A stretch of 63,153 nucleotides of DNA, the filler included, from Malassezia furfur (lineage: Eukaryota): the NCBI GenBank assembly GCA_052055015.1. It is 21 parts of 21 records of this genome, joined end to end, with 100 filler letters (N's around TTAATTAATTAA, not from the genome) between each part and the next. Parts side by side here need not be neighbours in the genome. Positions count along the whole stretch, not along the records: positions 18,424 to 21,375 come from JBQJIT010000828.1; positions 21,476 to 24,426 come from JBQJIT010000829.1; positions 24,527 to 27,470 come from JBQJIT010000830.1; positions 27,571 to 30,495 come from JBQJIT010000832.1; 17 more parts are not named here. One strand, given 5' to 3'. The stretch's first letter is position 1. Every line of letters begins with the position of its first letter. Below, one piece after another: positions 18,587 to 28,474 of this stretch. The translations under genes and the position numbers were made by a program. A model generated the notes under the pieces. The model did not search any database, was not told where the DNA came from, and was given only the letters and a program-made list of their open reading frames with translations.

Positions 18587-19939
18587 GTGTGCACCGTCAG
18601 CGACGCCGAGACGTCCGCGGCGTCCGCGGACGAGACGCTGCCCGACGCCGAGGCGCCCACGCGGCGCGCGCAGATGGAGCAGGCGTTCCTGACGTTCACC
18701 GAGCAGCACCGCAAGATGCTCAACTTGATGGTGCGGCAGAACCCGTCGCTGATGTCGGGGTCGTTTGCGCTGCTGGTGCGCAACGCCAAGGTGCTCGACT
18801 TTGACAACAAGCGCAACTACTTTACGCAGCAGCTGCACAAGGGCCGCCGCGAGCACTATACCCCCCTGTCGCTGTCGGTGCGGCGCAAGCAGGTCTTTTA
18901 CGACAGTTTCCAGTACTTCCAGCGGCGCTCGGGCCCCGAGATCAAGCACGGCAAGCTGAATGTGCGCTTCCACAACGAGGACGGTGTGGACGCGGGCGGT
19001 GTGACGCGCGAGTGGTTCCAGGTGCTGTCGCGCGAGATGTTCAACCCCGACTATGCGCTGTTCCAGCCGTGTGCGGCGGACCGGACGACGTACCAGCCGA
19101 ACCGGATGAGCTCGGTGAACGACATGCACCTGGCGTTTTTCCGGTTCATTGGGCGTGTGATCGGCAAGGCGATCTACGACGGGCGGCTGCTGGACGCGTA
19201 CTTTACGCGCAGCTTCTACAAGCACATTCTGGGCCGGGCGGTGGACTACAAGGACCTGGAGGCGGTCGACCCCGAGTACTACAACAGCCTCGAGTGGATG
19301 CTGCACAACGACATCACCGACGTGCTCGACCTGACGTTTGCGATCGAGGAGGAGGTGTTTGGCGAGACGACGCTCGTGGAGCTCGTGCCCGGGGGCGCGT
19401 CGATGGCGGTCACGAACGAGAACAAGCACGAGTATGTGCGGCTCGTCACCGAGCAGCGGCTCACGAAGTCGATCCAGTCGCAGATCGACGCGTTCCTGAG
19501 CGGCTTCCACGAGGTGATCCCGCGCGAGCTGATCGAGATCTTTACCGAGCAGGAGCTCGAGCTGCTCATCTCCGGGCTGCCCGACATCGACGTGGACGAG
19601 TGGAAGAACCACACGGAGCTGCGCGGGTACAGCAGCAGCGACCCGATGATCCAGTGGTTCTGGCGCGCGGTGCGCTCCTTCGACCAGACGGAGAAGGCGA
19701 AGCTGCTGCAGTTTATCACGGGCACGAGCAAGGTGCCGCTCGAGGGCTTCTCGCAGCTGCACGGCGTGCACGGCACGCAGCGCTTCAACATCCACCGCGC
19801 GTACGGCGAGGGCCGCCTGCCGGTGGCGCACACGTGCTTCAACCAGCTCGACCTGCCGTCGTACGACTCGTACGAGAAGATGCGTGCGCAGCTGCTGCTC
19901 GCGATGAACGAGGGCGGCGAGGGGTTCGGCCTCGCCTAG
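18587..19939 (+). CDS. TOM1: HECT E3 ubiquitin ligase Tom1/HUWE1, C-terminal HECT domain, 5'-truncated
   Basis: FTEQHRKMLNLMVRQNPSLMSGSFALLV, VLDFDNKRNYF, GVDAGGVTREWF, and catalytic LPVAHTCFNQLDLP followed by GEGFGLA*. Confidence 0.95.
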   Translation: MCTVSDAETSAASADETLPDAEAPTRRAQMEQAFLTFTEQHRKMLNLMVRQNPSLMSGSFALLVRNAKVLDFDNKRNYFTQQLHKGRREHYTPLSLSVRRKQVFYDSFQYFQRRSGPEIKHGKLNVRFHNEDGVDAGGVTREWFQVLSREMFNPDYALFQPCAADRTTYQPNRMSSVNDMHLAFFRFIGRVIGKAIYDGRLLDAYFTRSFYKHILGRAVDYKDLEAVDPEYYNSLEWMLHNDITDVLDLTFAIEEEVFGETTLVELVPGGASMAVTNENKHEYVRLVTEQRLTKSIQSQIDAFLSGFHEVIPRELIEIFTEQELELLISGLPDIDVDEWKNHTELRGYSSSDPMIQWFWRAVRSFDQTEKAKLLQFITGTSKVPLEGFSQLHGVHGTQRFNIHRAYGEGRLPVAHTCFNQLDLPSYDSYEKMRAQLLLAMNEGGEGFGLA

Positions 19940-19970
19940 TTCTAGACCGCGTAGCTACTTCTAGTGTCTA

Positions 19971-21375
19971 CTACAGCGTCGTCCAGCCGCCGATGCCGAC
20001 GTTGGCCTCGGTGCGGCGCGTGACCATGTTGGCGATGCCGTGCGCGAGGTACTGCCGGCGGAGCTCGTCGTAGCGCTGGCGGTGCAGGCGCAGCGGCCGC
20101 GCCTTGAGCAGCGCATGGTCCACCTCGCCGTGCGTGTTGAGGTACGGCGACGAGGTGAAGCACCCGTTCCGCCCGAACAGCAGCACGACCATGTTGCTGC
20201 CCACGCGGAAGTGCGCGCCGAGGCGCCCGCCGCAGTGCTCCATGTGCTGGTGGCACTCGCCGCGCCCCTCGTCCTCGAGGTCGCTGCAGCAGTACGACTG
20301 GTCGCACAGCAGCTCGCCACACAGCAGGCACAGCGAGCTGAGCGGCGGCAGCGTGTGGCAGCGCGCGCACGTGCGCGTCTGCGTCTGCTGCAGCAGCGCC
20401 GCGAGGTCGTGCGGCAGGGGCAGCAGCTCGTAGATGTGCGGGTGCTCGAGCACGAGGCTCGGCACCGCCGCGCGCGCCTCGTCCGCGTCGTGCAGGATCG
20501 GCAGCGGGCGGAAGAGCGGCACGAGGTGCACGTAGGCGTGCTTCGTCCAGCCCTCGACGAGCATCGCGACGAGGCCCGCGGGCGCCGAGTGCATCGGCAG
20601 CGCGTCGGCGGGCGGCGGGATGCGCAGCAGCGCGAGCAGGCGGCGGTACTCGCTCGCGTCCGCGGGCAGCTCGGGCGCGACGTCGCCGCCGACGACGCGC
20701 ACGAGCAGCGCGGCGCGGCGCAGGAACGGCAGCGTGTACGCGCACAGCAGCTTGGCGAGGTCCGCGTCGCTGCAGTGGTCGAAGCCGAGCGTGATGTTGC
20801 CGCGCACGTAGCCGACGAGGTTGACGATGCTCGTCACGAGCCAGCGCGCGTGCGGGAAGAGCGCGAGCGCCTCGGCGGCGCCGAGCGGTGCGTCGTCGGC
20901 GGCGCGCCGCCGCTCGCCCTGCACAAACGTCGGCTGCGCGAGGCCAAACACGGTCTGCACGAGCGTCACGTAGTACAGCAGCGCCGCGACGTGCAGCACG
21001 TGCTCGGGCATGAGCACCGCGGCCTCGACGAGCACGCCGAGCGCGTTGCGCAGCAGCAGCGGGCTGCGCACCACGTGCTCGCCCGCCCAGTGCGGCATGA
21101 GCCGCTTGAGCAGCCCCTGGCGCAGCGCGTCCGCGCCCTTGGGGTCGCCGTGCGCCGCGCCCTGCGCGAGCGTCGCGAGCGCGTCGAGCAGCGCGCGCAC
21201 GAGCTGCACCTGCTGCTCGCTCAGCGCCGTGCCGACGTGCGCGCCGGGCGGCGCCGTGCCGCGCTGCGCGATCTCGAGCTGCGCGAGCGTGTAGCCCACG
21301 ACGTGCTCGGGCACGTACAGCGCGTCGGCGTGCGCGCCGTCCGCGGCGCCCTCGAGCACGGTCGCGCGCCGGTCG
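19971..21375 (-). CDS. UBR1: N-recognin E3 ligase Ubr1, C-terminal domain, 5'-partial
   Basis: LPFLRRAALL, LEHPHIYELLPLP, CLLCGELLC.QSYCC, GECHQHMEHCGG, SPYLNTHGEVD and the GGWTTL* ending. Confidence 0.92.
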
Positions 21376-21589
21376 NNNNNNNNNNNNNNNNNNNNNNNNN
21401 NNNNNNNNNNNNNNNNNNNTTAATTAATTAANNNNNNNNNNNNNNNNNNNNNNNNNNNNNNNNNNNNNNNNNNNNGGTGCCGGGCACGCGCGGCCGAGCT
21501 GGGCGGCGCCGTCGGCTCGGGCGCCATCGTTGTGGAGGAGGGGCGGGGGGCAGCGCACGCGGCGCGTGACTAAGCCTGCTTTTTGCACC

Positions 21590-24004
21590 ATGGCGACCCT
21601 CGCCGCTGTGCTGGGCGCGCTCGAGGAGCCGCACAGCGACGCTGACGCGCTGCGGTGCGCCGACGAGGCACGCGCGTGCAACACGCTGGGCACACTCGAT
21701 GCAGACGCGCGCAAGCTGCTCGACCGCCGCCTGCATGCGCTGCTATCCACCTCCGTCCGTGCCCAGGAATCGCAGGCCGCGTGGGCTAAGGCCGCATACG
21801 TTGCCGACGTGTACCTCGAGCAGGCCGGATGGGCCGTTGCAGAGGAGCACGGTGCACAGTGGATCCAAAAGACGCTTACGCACGCCGAACACGCCGCCTC
21901 ACACCCGGCGTCCCTGCCGCGTCTGCTGCCGCTCCTTGCGCTGGTGGTCGACCGCGTGATGGGCCGCGAGAGCTCAGCGCACCCAGAGTACTACCGCGTC
22001 GTTGTCGCTCCGAATGTTCCAAAGCTTGCGACGGCGTTGGTTGCGCTTGCCGAAGCGGCGCAGGGCGACGCGACGCAGCTGGAGCCGCTCCTACAGCTCC
22101 TGCTGTTGCACATCAGTCGGCACCCGAACGTCTACCGTCCGCACGCCGCACCACTGCATGCACTGTGCATGCGCATTCTGTTTGGCGCGTACGCGTTGAT
22201 GGACGACGCATGCGCCGCGCGCCCGGACGAGCGCGTCGTGCGCGCCGCTGCACAGCTCCTCGCCGAGCTCCACCTCACGGGCGCTGCAACAGGCGGGCAC
22301 GGCAAGGTGTCGCAGGCGCAGCTGTGGCTTGCGCCGCTTTCCGAGATGCTCGATGCGGCTCTAGCAGCCGTGCGCGGCGCTGTGCCGTCGCAGGGTGCAC
22401 CGGCGCCGAGTGCTGCCCTCGGATGGGCTGACACGACGCAGGACTATACCGTCAGCATCCCTGCCCACCTCGCAAGGCTGCTCTGTCTCGTCGGTGACGA
22501 GACGCATACGGGCGTGCTTGTGGCGTATCTGACGTACGCGACGCCACGGCCCGTGCCTGTCCCGATCGGACGGCTTCTTGCGCTGGCGCATGCGCTGGTG
22601 CGTGCACAGTCGGTGGACGCAGCGCACCTCCCGCAAGACCAGCTGCGTGCAGAACACACAATACTTCCGCGGATGCGCCGCGCAGGGCTGCGCCTCTTTG
22701 CTGTGACTACGTTGCTGTTCCAAACGGCGTACTGGCGCTATGTCGAAGAGGACGCCAGTCTCCTCGACGATATCTGCGCCCTCGCCGAGACGCAGACAGT
22801 GCCTGATGCAGCGTGTGTGCTGGCCGTGCGTGTGCTGGCCATTGCGTTCACCCAAGGCGCGCTTCCCGGCGGCACACTGCCCGGCGCAGGTCTCGTGCTT
22901 GACCCGGCATCGATGCGCGTGCAGCGTATGGCGCGACTGGCCATCCACGCGTGCAGCCAAGTTCTCTTGCCGACGGCGCAGTCCGACGAGCCCACGACGA
23001 AGCGGGCGCGTCAGTTTGAGAGCGACACCGTGGCGCTGGCGAACCGCCTCGCGCAGGACCGCGTGTTGGCACAGGGTGCGCGTGTAATGGAGTGGGCAGA
23101 CGCAGGCCTCGCGCTCTTTTTGGCACTGTTTGGTGTGCTGTCGTGCAGCCCAACGCCGGGCAGCCGTGACTTGGCGCGGACGGGAGCGCTCGTCGTTGTC
23201 GGGCTCGCCGAGGCGCTCCTCGAAAGCCGCCTGCTGGTCGTTGAGCGGCCCGAGGTGCTCGCACTCGCACAGAGGGCAGTGCGGACCCTTGTGTCGCTCG
23301 TGGTGAGCAATCATGGCGCGCTCGTTGCCTATATCCTACTCCGCGCTCGTGCGCTCCTTGAGCGCGGCGTGCAGTCGCCTGTGCCTCTGCTCCGCGTCGC
23401 GTGTGAAGACGGACTCGCACAGACGACACCGCTGCTCCGCCCACGTGCGCCGCCCGTGTTTGATAGCGTCGACTCGACGGCGCTCGAGACGCGCGAATCG
23501 GATGTTGTGCCGCTCCCGCGCCCGGCGTACAATGCCGCGAAGCGCGGCGCTGAGGCGCTTGATGAGATCTGGCGGCTCGAGACGGGCGACGAGCCGATGG
23601 ATGACGGCGAAGAAGAGGGACAGACGATGCCCAGTAGGGATGAGCGCATGCCGCTGGCGCCCACCGCACAGCCTGCAATGCCTCTGGCGAGCATGACACA
23701 AGCGCCCCAGCTGGCTGCACCTCCTGCGCCTGCGGCAACACCCGTGTCGGCGCCTGCCGCACCTGCCGCCGACGCCTCTCACGCGGCGCCTCCACCGCGC
23801 ACCGGTGCGCCAGCCGCCTCCACAATGCCGGCACCGGCAGAAGCCGTGGCCCCTGCTCCCACAGCTCGCGCCCCGGTTGCCCCTGCGGCCACCTCGGCGC
23901 CGATGCCCGGGGCTCCAATGCCCTCGGCTCCGATGCCCAATACTGATGCGGACTCCGACTCGGATGCCATGCCCGAGCTGGACGTAGGCTCCGACGATGA
24001 ATAG
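21590..24004 (+). CDS. RIX1: Probable pre-rRNA processing protein Rix1 (PELP1-like)
   Basis: Helical N-terminus (HPEYYRVVVAPNVPK, HPNVYRPH), Pro/Ala-rich linker, and the acidic end DSDSDAMPELDVGSDDE typical of fungal Rix1. Confidence 0.7.
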   Translation: MATLAAVLGALEEPHSDADALRCADEARACNTLGTLDADARKLLDRRLHALLSTSVRAQESQAAWAKAAYVADVYLEQAGWAVAEEHGAQWIQKTLTHAEHAASHPASLPRLLPLLALVVDRVMGRESSAHPEYYRVVVAPNVPKLATALVALAEAAQGDATQLEPLLQLLLLHISRHPNVYRPHAAPLHALCMRILFGAYALMDDACAARPDERVVRAAAQLLAELHLTGAATGGHGKVSQAQLWLAPLSEMLDAALAAVRGAVPSQGAPAPSAALGWADTTQDYTVSIPAHLARLLCLVGDETHTGVLVAYLTYATPRPVPVPIGRLLALAHALVRAQSVDAAHLPQDQLRAEHTILPRMRRAGLRLFAVTTLLFQTAYWRYVEEDASLLDDICALAETQTVPDAACVLAVRVLAIAFTQGALPGGTLPGAGLVLDPASMRVQRMARLAIHACSQVLLPTAQSDEPTTKRARQFESDTVALANRLAQDRVLAQGARVMEWADAGLALFLALFGVLSCSPTPGSRDLARTGALVVVGLAEALLESRLLVVERPEVLALAQRAVRTLVSLVVSNHGALVAYILLRARALLERGVQSPVPLLRVACEDGLAQTTPLLRPRAPPVFDSVDSTALETRESDVVPLPRPAYNAAKRGAEALDEIWRLETGDEPMDDGEEEGQTMPSRDERMPLAPTAQPAMPLASMTQAPQLAAPPAPAATPVSAPAAPAADASHAAPPPRTGAPAASTMPAPAEAVAPAPTARAPVAPAATSAPMPGAPMPSAPMPNTDADSDSDAMPELDVGSDDE

Positions 24005-24018
24005 CGTATACCCAGAAT

Positions 24019-24426
24019 CTACGTCGGTACATTGGGCTCCTGTGCATCGAGCAGTGCATCCGCATTCTTTTCGGTGGGCTCCTCTGTCTCGAGCTCCGGG
24101 GCATTGGCATCGTCACGCCGCCGTGCGCCCCAGACGTACTCGCCGCACCGCAGGCACTCCCAACCACCCTGGTCCTGCAGATCGTCGGCCATGTTCTCCG
24201 AGAGGAGCTGCTCGGCAATGCAATAGTAGCAGTAGACACACCTGTGTCCGCGGTCGACACACGGCAGCGTCACGTACGGTGTCGTGGCCAGCGCGTCCAG
24301 GTACCGAATCCCGTTCGGCGATGCGGCCAGCAAGCTCGGCCGCGTCTCGGCGGACTGCGTCGGCGCCGAGGCACGGGCCTGGCGCGCCGCGTTGAGTGTC
24401 GCGGTGTGGTCGATGCCGCCGCATTG
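24019..24426 (-). CDS. PEX2: Peroxin Pex2 RING-finger C-terminus, 5'-partial
   Basis: TTPY..LPC....RCVYCYYCI....GWECLRCG split RING pattern of fungal Pex2. Confidence 0.78.
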   Translation of the reverse strand, partial: QCGGIDHTATLNAARQARASAPTQSAETRPSLLAASPNGIRYLDALATTPYVTLPCVDRGHRCVYCYYCIAEQLLSENMADDLQDQGGWECLRCGEYVWGARRRDDANAPELETEEPTEKNADALLDAQEPNVPT

Positions 24427-24526
24427 NNNNNNNNNNNNNNNNNNNNNNNNNNNNNNNNNNNNNNNNNNNNTTAATTAATTAANNNNNNNNNNNNNNNNNN
24501 NNNNNNNNNNNNNNNNNNNNNNNNNN

Positions 24527-25175
24527 GCCGGCGTGCGCGCGGCCGACGCCGAGGCGGTCGGCAGGGTGTGGGCCGGCGCGGCGTCGGCGCCGACGAGGCG
24601 CTCGTGGAGCTCCTCCTGCTCGAGCTCCTGCAGCTCGTTGCGCAGCTCGTCCTCGTCGAGCTCGTTGCCCATCCCGATCGGGTTCGAGATCGCCTCGGAG
24701 ATCTCGTTCGAGAGCGCCATCTGCTCGCGGATCGAGTCCATCGTATTGTCGACCTTGTCGATGTCCCTGCGGGTGAGGTAGTGTACGTACATGTTCTGGT
24801 GGATGTGCTTGAGCGCCGCCGATCCACGCTGCATCGCGCGCATCGTCTCGAGGTTCATGTTGGCGTTCTCGATGGCGTTGACCTGCGTCTCGAGCGTCAT
24901 GCGGTTGCCCGCGAGGCGGTCGAGCTCGGTCTCGTACAGCTTCTTTTGGCGCAGGGCGGCCTGGGCGGCTGGGGTCAGTGGGTCGGCGGCGACGTACCCC
25001 GCTTGTTCGTCGTGACGTTGGCCTTGGCCTTGCGCTGCTCCTCGTCGATCTTGGTGAGCAGGTGCTCCTCCTTCTTGTTGATCAGGTGCAGCTGCTCGCG
25101 CAGCCCAATGATCGCGTCGCGCGCCGCATTTTTGTTGTCGCGCTTGCCGCTCACCCAGCTGAGCCACCCCGACAT
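24527..25175 (-). CDS. SNF7: ESCRT-III subunit Snf7/Vps32, 3'-partial; introns 24969-24997 (29 nt) and 24767-24790 (24 nt)
   Basis: MSGWLSWVSGKRDNKNAARDAIIGLREQL..INKKEEHL, ALRQKKLYE, LETQVNAIENANMN, and DIDKVDNTMDSIREQ...DEDEL..EL.ELEQE. Confidence 0.95.
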
Positions 25176-25213
25176 GGAGACGCGCGACGGAGGGCCACGT
25201 GGCGTCTCCCCCG

Positions 25214-26721
25214 ATGGCCGTGCGCCCGCTGTATGCCCAGCTGAACGCCCACGGGCGCACCGCGTTCCGCGCGTGGGACGTGCACGTCGACCATCTGGTG
25301 ATCGGTGCGGGCGTCGTGGGCCTCGCGGTGGCCAATGCGCTCGCGCGGCGCTGGCCGGAGAAAACGACGTACGTGATCGAGCGCCATGCGCAGGCGGGGC
25401 AGGAAACGAGGTGCGTGCCTGCGTGCGCGGCTGACGCAGCTCGCGCAACAGCGAGGTGGTCCACGCAGGCCTGTACTACCCGGCGGACTCGCGCAAGACG
25501 CAGTTTTGCCTGCGCGGGCGCGAGCTGCTCTATGCGCGCGCACAGCACCAGCCGATCAGCGTCAAGGAGGTGGGGAAGCTGGTCGTCGGCCGCACGCGCG
25601 CGGACGCCGCGTACCTCGAGCGGCTGCACACGCACTGCCAGGGCCTCGGCACGCTCGCGCCGCCCACCGCGCTGCTCACCGGCGACGAGGCGCGCGCGCT
25701 CGAGCCGGATCTGTCGCCCGAGATTACGCGCGCGCTGCACTCGCCGCGCACGGGCATCGTCAGCGCGCACGAGCTCATGGCGCAGCTCGAGGCCGAGCTG
25801 GACACGCTGCCCGACGGCACGTCGCCCGACGCGCAGGTCGTGTACGGCACGTCGGCGGTGCGCATCGACCCCGACCCCGACGGGTGGGTGGTGCAGACGC
25901 GCACGCACGACGCGGCGCATGCGGCGGACACGGACGCGCTGCGTGCGCGCGTGGTGGTCAACGCGAGCGGGCTGAATGCGCCGCGCACGCTGAATGCGCT
26001 CGTGGCGCAGCTGCGCGGCGGCGAGCAGCAGATGATCCCGATGTACTTTTCCAAGGGCAGCTACGCCAGCTACCGTGGCCCCGGCGTGGACCATGTGCGC
26101 CGCCTGCTGTACCCCACGCCGAACTTTGGCGCGCAGGACGCGGGCGCGCACGCGCACCAGTCGCTTGGCAGTACGTCGCCCGCTCACGCAGCGCACCTCA
26201 CCCTCGACCTGGACGGCCACGTGCGGTTTGGGCCGGACGCCCAGTGGCTCGCGCCCGCGGCGGTGCCCGCGGCGCCGGACGACGCGGGCTACCTGCACGA
26301 CTTTTGGGAGACGCAGCTGTACCCCGACGCGACGGACGCGTGGTACGCGGCGATGCACGCGGCCATCCAGCAGTACCTGCCCGGCGTGGAGCGCGCGGGC
26401 CTTGCGCCGGACTACAGCGGGATCCGGCCGAAGCTCGTGGGCCCCGGCGCGACGCAGTTTAGCGACTTTGCGCTGCTGTGGCACGCGAGCCGCGACCTCG
26501 GACAGCAGCACGTGTGGCAGCACACGCTGCCCGACGTGGGCGGCGGCGCGCTCGTGTCGCTGCTGGGCATCGAGAGCCCCGGGCTGACGTCATCGCTGGC
26601 GCTCGGCGAGCACGTCGCGGAGCAGGTGGCCGCGCGCGTGTGGGGCGTGCACAACCCGCGCGGGCGCGCGCGGCGGTACGTAGAGCACGTGGGGCACGAC
26701 AGCCTCGCGGAGTGGGCCTAG
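25214..26721 (+). CDS. L-2-hydroxyglutarate dehydrogenase-like FAD oxidoreductase; introns 25411-25439 (29 nt) and 26171-26191 (21 nt)
   Basis: VIGAGVVGLA, spliced GQETSSRNSEVVHAGLYYP.DS.KT, KGSY, spliced SLGTHLTLDLDG, PDYSGIRPKL and LLGIESPGLTSSLA. Confidence 0.92.
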
Positions 26722-26729
26722 CTTGCCAC

Positions 26730-27470
26730 CTACGGAGTCCAGAGGCGCGCGTCGCCGTCCGCGCCGGCGCTCAGCAGCCACGGCAGCGTGGGGTGCCAGT
26801 AGAGCGTGAGCACGCCGAGCGCGTCGGCGACGCGGTGGCCGCGCAGCACCTTGAGCGGGACGAGCAGCGCGTTCTTGAGCAGGTCGGCGTACACCGTCGC
26901 GTGGTAGATGTGCACCGTGCCGTCGTCGGCGGCCGTCGCGAACAGCGGGAAGCGCGGCGAGAAGGCCACGGCGCGCACCGCCTTAGTGTGGTAGCGCAGC
27001 GTCTTGTACGGCCGCTCGCTCAGGTCCAGGTCGAACCAGAGCACGCGGCGGTCGTACGAGCCGACGAGCAGGTGCTCGCCGCTGGGGTGCACGTCCATCG
27101 AGCTGATCCAGCGCACGCCGGGCTGCAGCGTCTTGTGCAGCGCCTGCTGCACCAAGTCAAACACGCGCACGTAGCGCTGCGTCGCGACAAACAGCAGCGG
27201 GCGCTGGGGGTGGAACGCGACGCACTGCACCGCATACGCCGCGCTGCTCTGCCGCCGCGCGCGGCGGAACGGCGCCTGGGACCGGTGCTTGCTCACCTGG
27301 TGGATGAGCACCGCGTGCGCCCCCGCGTCGGGGCACACCGTCGCAAAGTAGTCCGCGCGCGGGTGCCACACCACCTGCTTCGGCACGAGCGCCTCCACCT
27401 TGGCGCCGCGCGCCGCGCTCAGCGCCACGTGGACGCACACGCCCGCGGCGCGCGCCGCCTCGCTCGGGCG
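26730..27470 (-). CDS. ERB1: Ribosome biogenesis protein Erb1/BOP1, WD40 C-terminus, 5'-partial
   Basis: KQVVWH.RADYFATV, VLIHQVSKHRSQAPF, LFVATQRYVRVFDL, WFDLDLSERPYKTLRYH, and VYADLLKNALLVPLKVLRGH. Confidence 0.95.
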   Translation of the reverse strand, partial: RPSEAARAAGVCVHVALSAARGAKVEALVPKQVVWHPRADYFATVCPDAGAHAVLIHQVSKHRSQAPFRRARRQSSAAYAVQCVAFHPQRPLLFVATQRYVRVFDLVQQALHKTLQPGVRWISSMDVHPSGEHLLVGSYDRRVLWFDLDLSERPYKTLRYHTKAVRAVAFSPRFPLFATAADDGTVHIYHATVYADLLKNALLVPLKVLRGHRVADALGVLTLYWHPTLPWLLSAGADGDARLWTP

Positions 27471-27570
27471 NNNNNNNNNNNNNNNNNNNNNNNNNNNNNN
27501 NNNNNNNNNNNNNNTTAATTAATTAANNNNNNNNNNNNNNNNNNNNNNNNNNNNNNNNNNNNNNNNNNNN

Positions 27571-28415
27571 CGCTCGAGGCCGCCGAGCTGGAGGCCGCGG
27601 CGCTCGAGGCGTCCGCGGCGCAGGCGGCCGCCGAGAACCGGCCCAAGGTCGCGACGCTCCTCGAGGACCTCGCGCACGAGCGCTACTCGGAGACGCACAG
27701 CGCAGACGAGGCCAAGGAAGCCGAGGACGCGGCCAAGGACGCGGCCAAGGACGAGGCCAAGGCCGACGCCCCAGACGCGGCCAAGGACGAGGCCAAGGAC
27801 GGAGCCAAGGCCGACGCACCCGCTACCTCGACCGCGCCCACCGCCGCGGCGGGCTCGGCGCCGCTCCGTGTGCCGGTGGCCACCAAGCCGCGCTACTCGG
27901 ACGGCGCGGCCGAAAGCGGCCTGCTCCAGGCGCTGATGCGCGCCAACGAGCGCGCTCATACGCCGCCGCCGCCCTCGACGCCGCGTGCGCATGAGGCGCC
28001 CGAGCCGATGGACCAAGAGTCGGAGCCGGCCGCGGCGCCCAAGACCGCGCCCGAGGCGCCCAAGAGCGCCCCTGACGCGCCTACCGAAGCGCCGAAGGAC
28101 GCGCCCGAAGAGCCCCCGGCACGTGCGCCGATGGCCAACATCGGCAACGTCCAGCCGTCTGCATCGCTTTCCCAGGCGTCTATGCCGAAACTGAGCACGC
28201 ATGCGTCGTCGAGTGCGCTGCGTGCAAGGGCGCAGCGCTACCTGCGCAACTCGGCGAGTGTTGCCGACGTCAAGGCGAGTGCGCCAGCCGCAGCGCCACG
28301 CGCATCCGATGCGGACGGCGCCGAGAATGCGGCGCCGTCCAAGCCGCAGTACCAGCCGTCGGCGCTGAGCGAGTCGCTGCGCCGGCGCATGGCGCGCTTT
28401 GAACCCCCTTCGTAG
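27571..28415 (+). CDS. C-terminal Ala/Glu/Pro-rich part of an unknown protein, 5'-partial
   Basis: Frame open from the contig start to TAG 28415, ending SESLRRRMARFEPPS*. Low complexity. Confidence 0.6.
27710..27820 (+). repeat. Coding 12-nt tandem repeat (GCCAAGGAC-GCG/GAG) encoding AKDA/AKDE
   Basis: Repeated gccaaggacgcg/gccaaggacgag units are visible directly. Confidence 0.8.
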
Positions 28416-28474
28416 TTGTGGAGCCCTAGGCGTGCACGGACCTTCGGAAAAAAAAAAGACCTGATGACTAAGCT

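Noticed and set aside
18587..21375. Two large E3 ligases (TOM1, UBR1) tail to tail, with a deubiquitinase on the previous contig, suggesting a ubiquitin cluster
   Set aside because: The deubiquitinase is across a linker and therefore unlinked. One adjacent pair is compatible with chance.
21476..21527. Possible minus-strand gene start (MAPEPTAPPSS) divergent from RIX1
   Set aside because: Only 17 codons before the contig end; not supportable.
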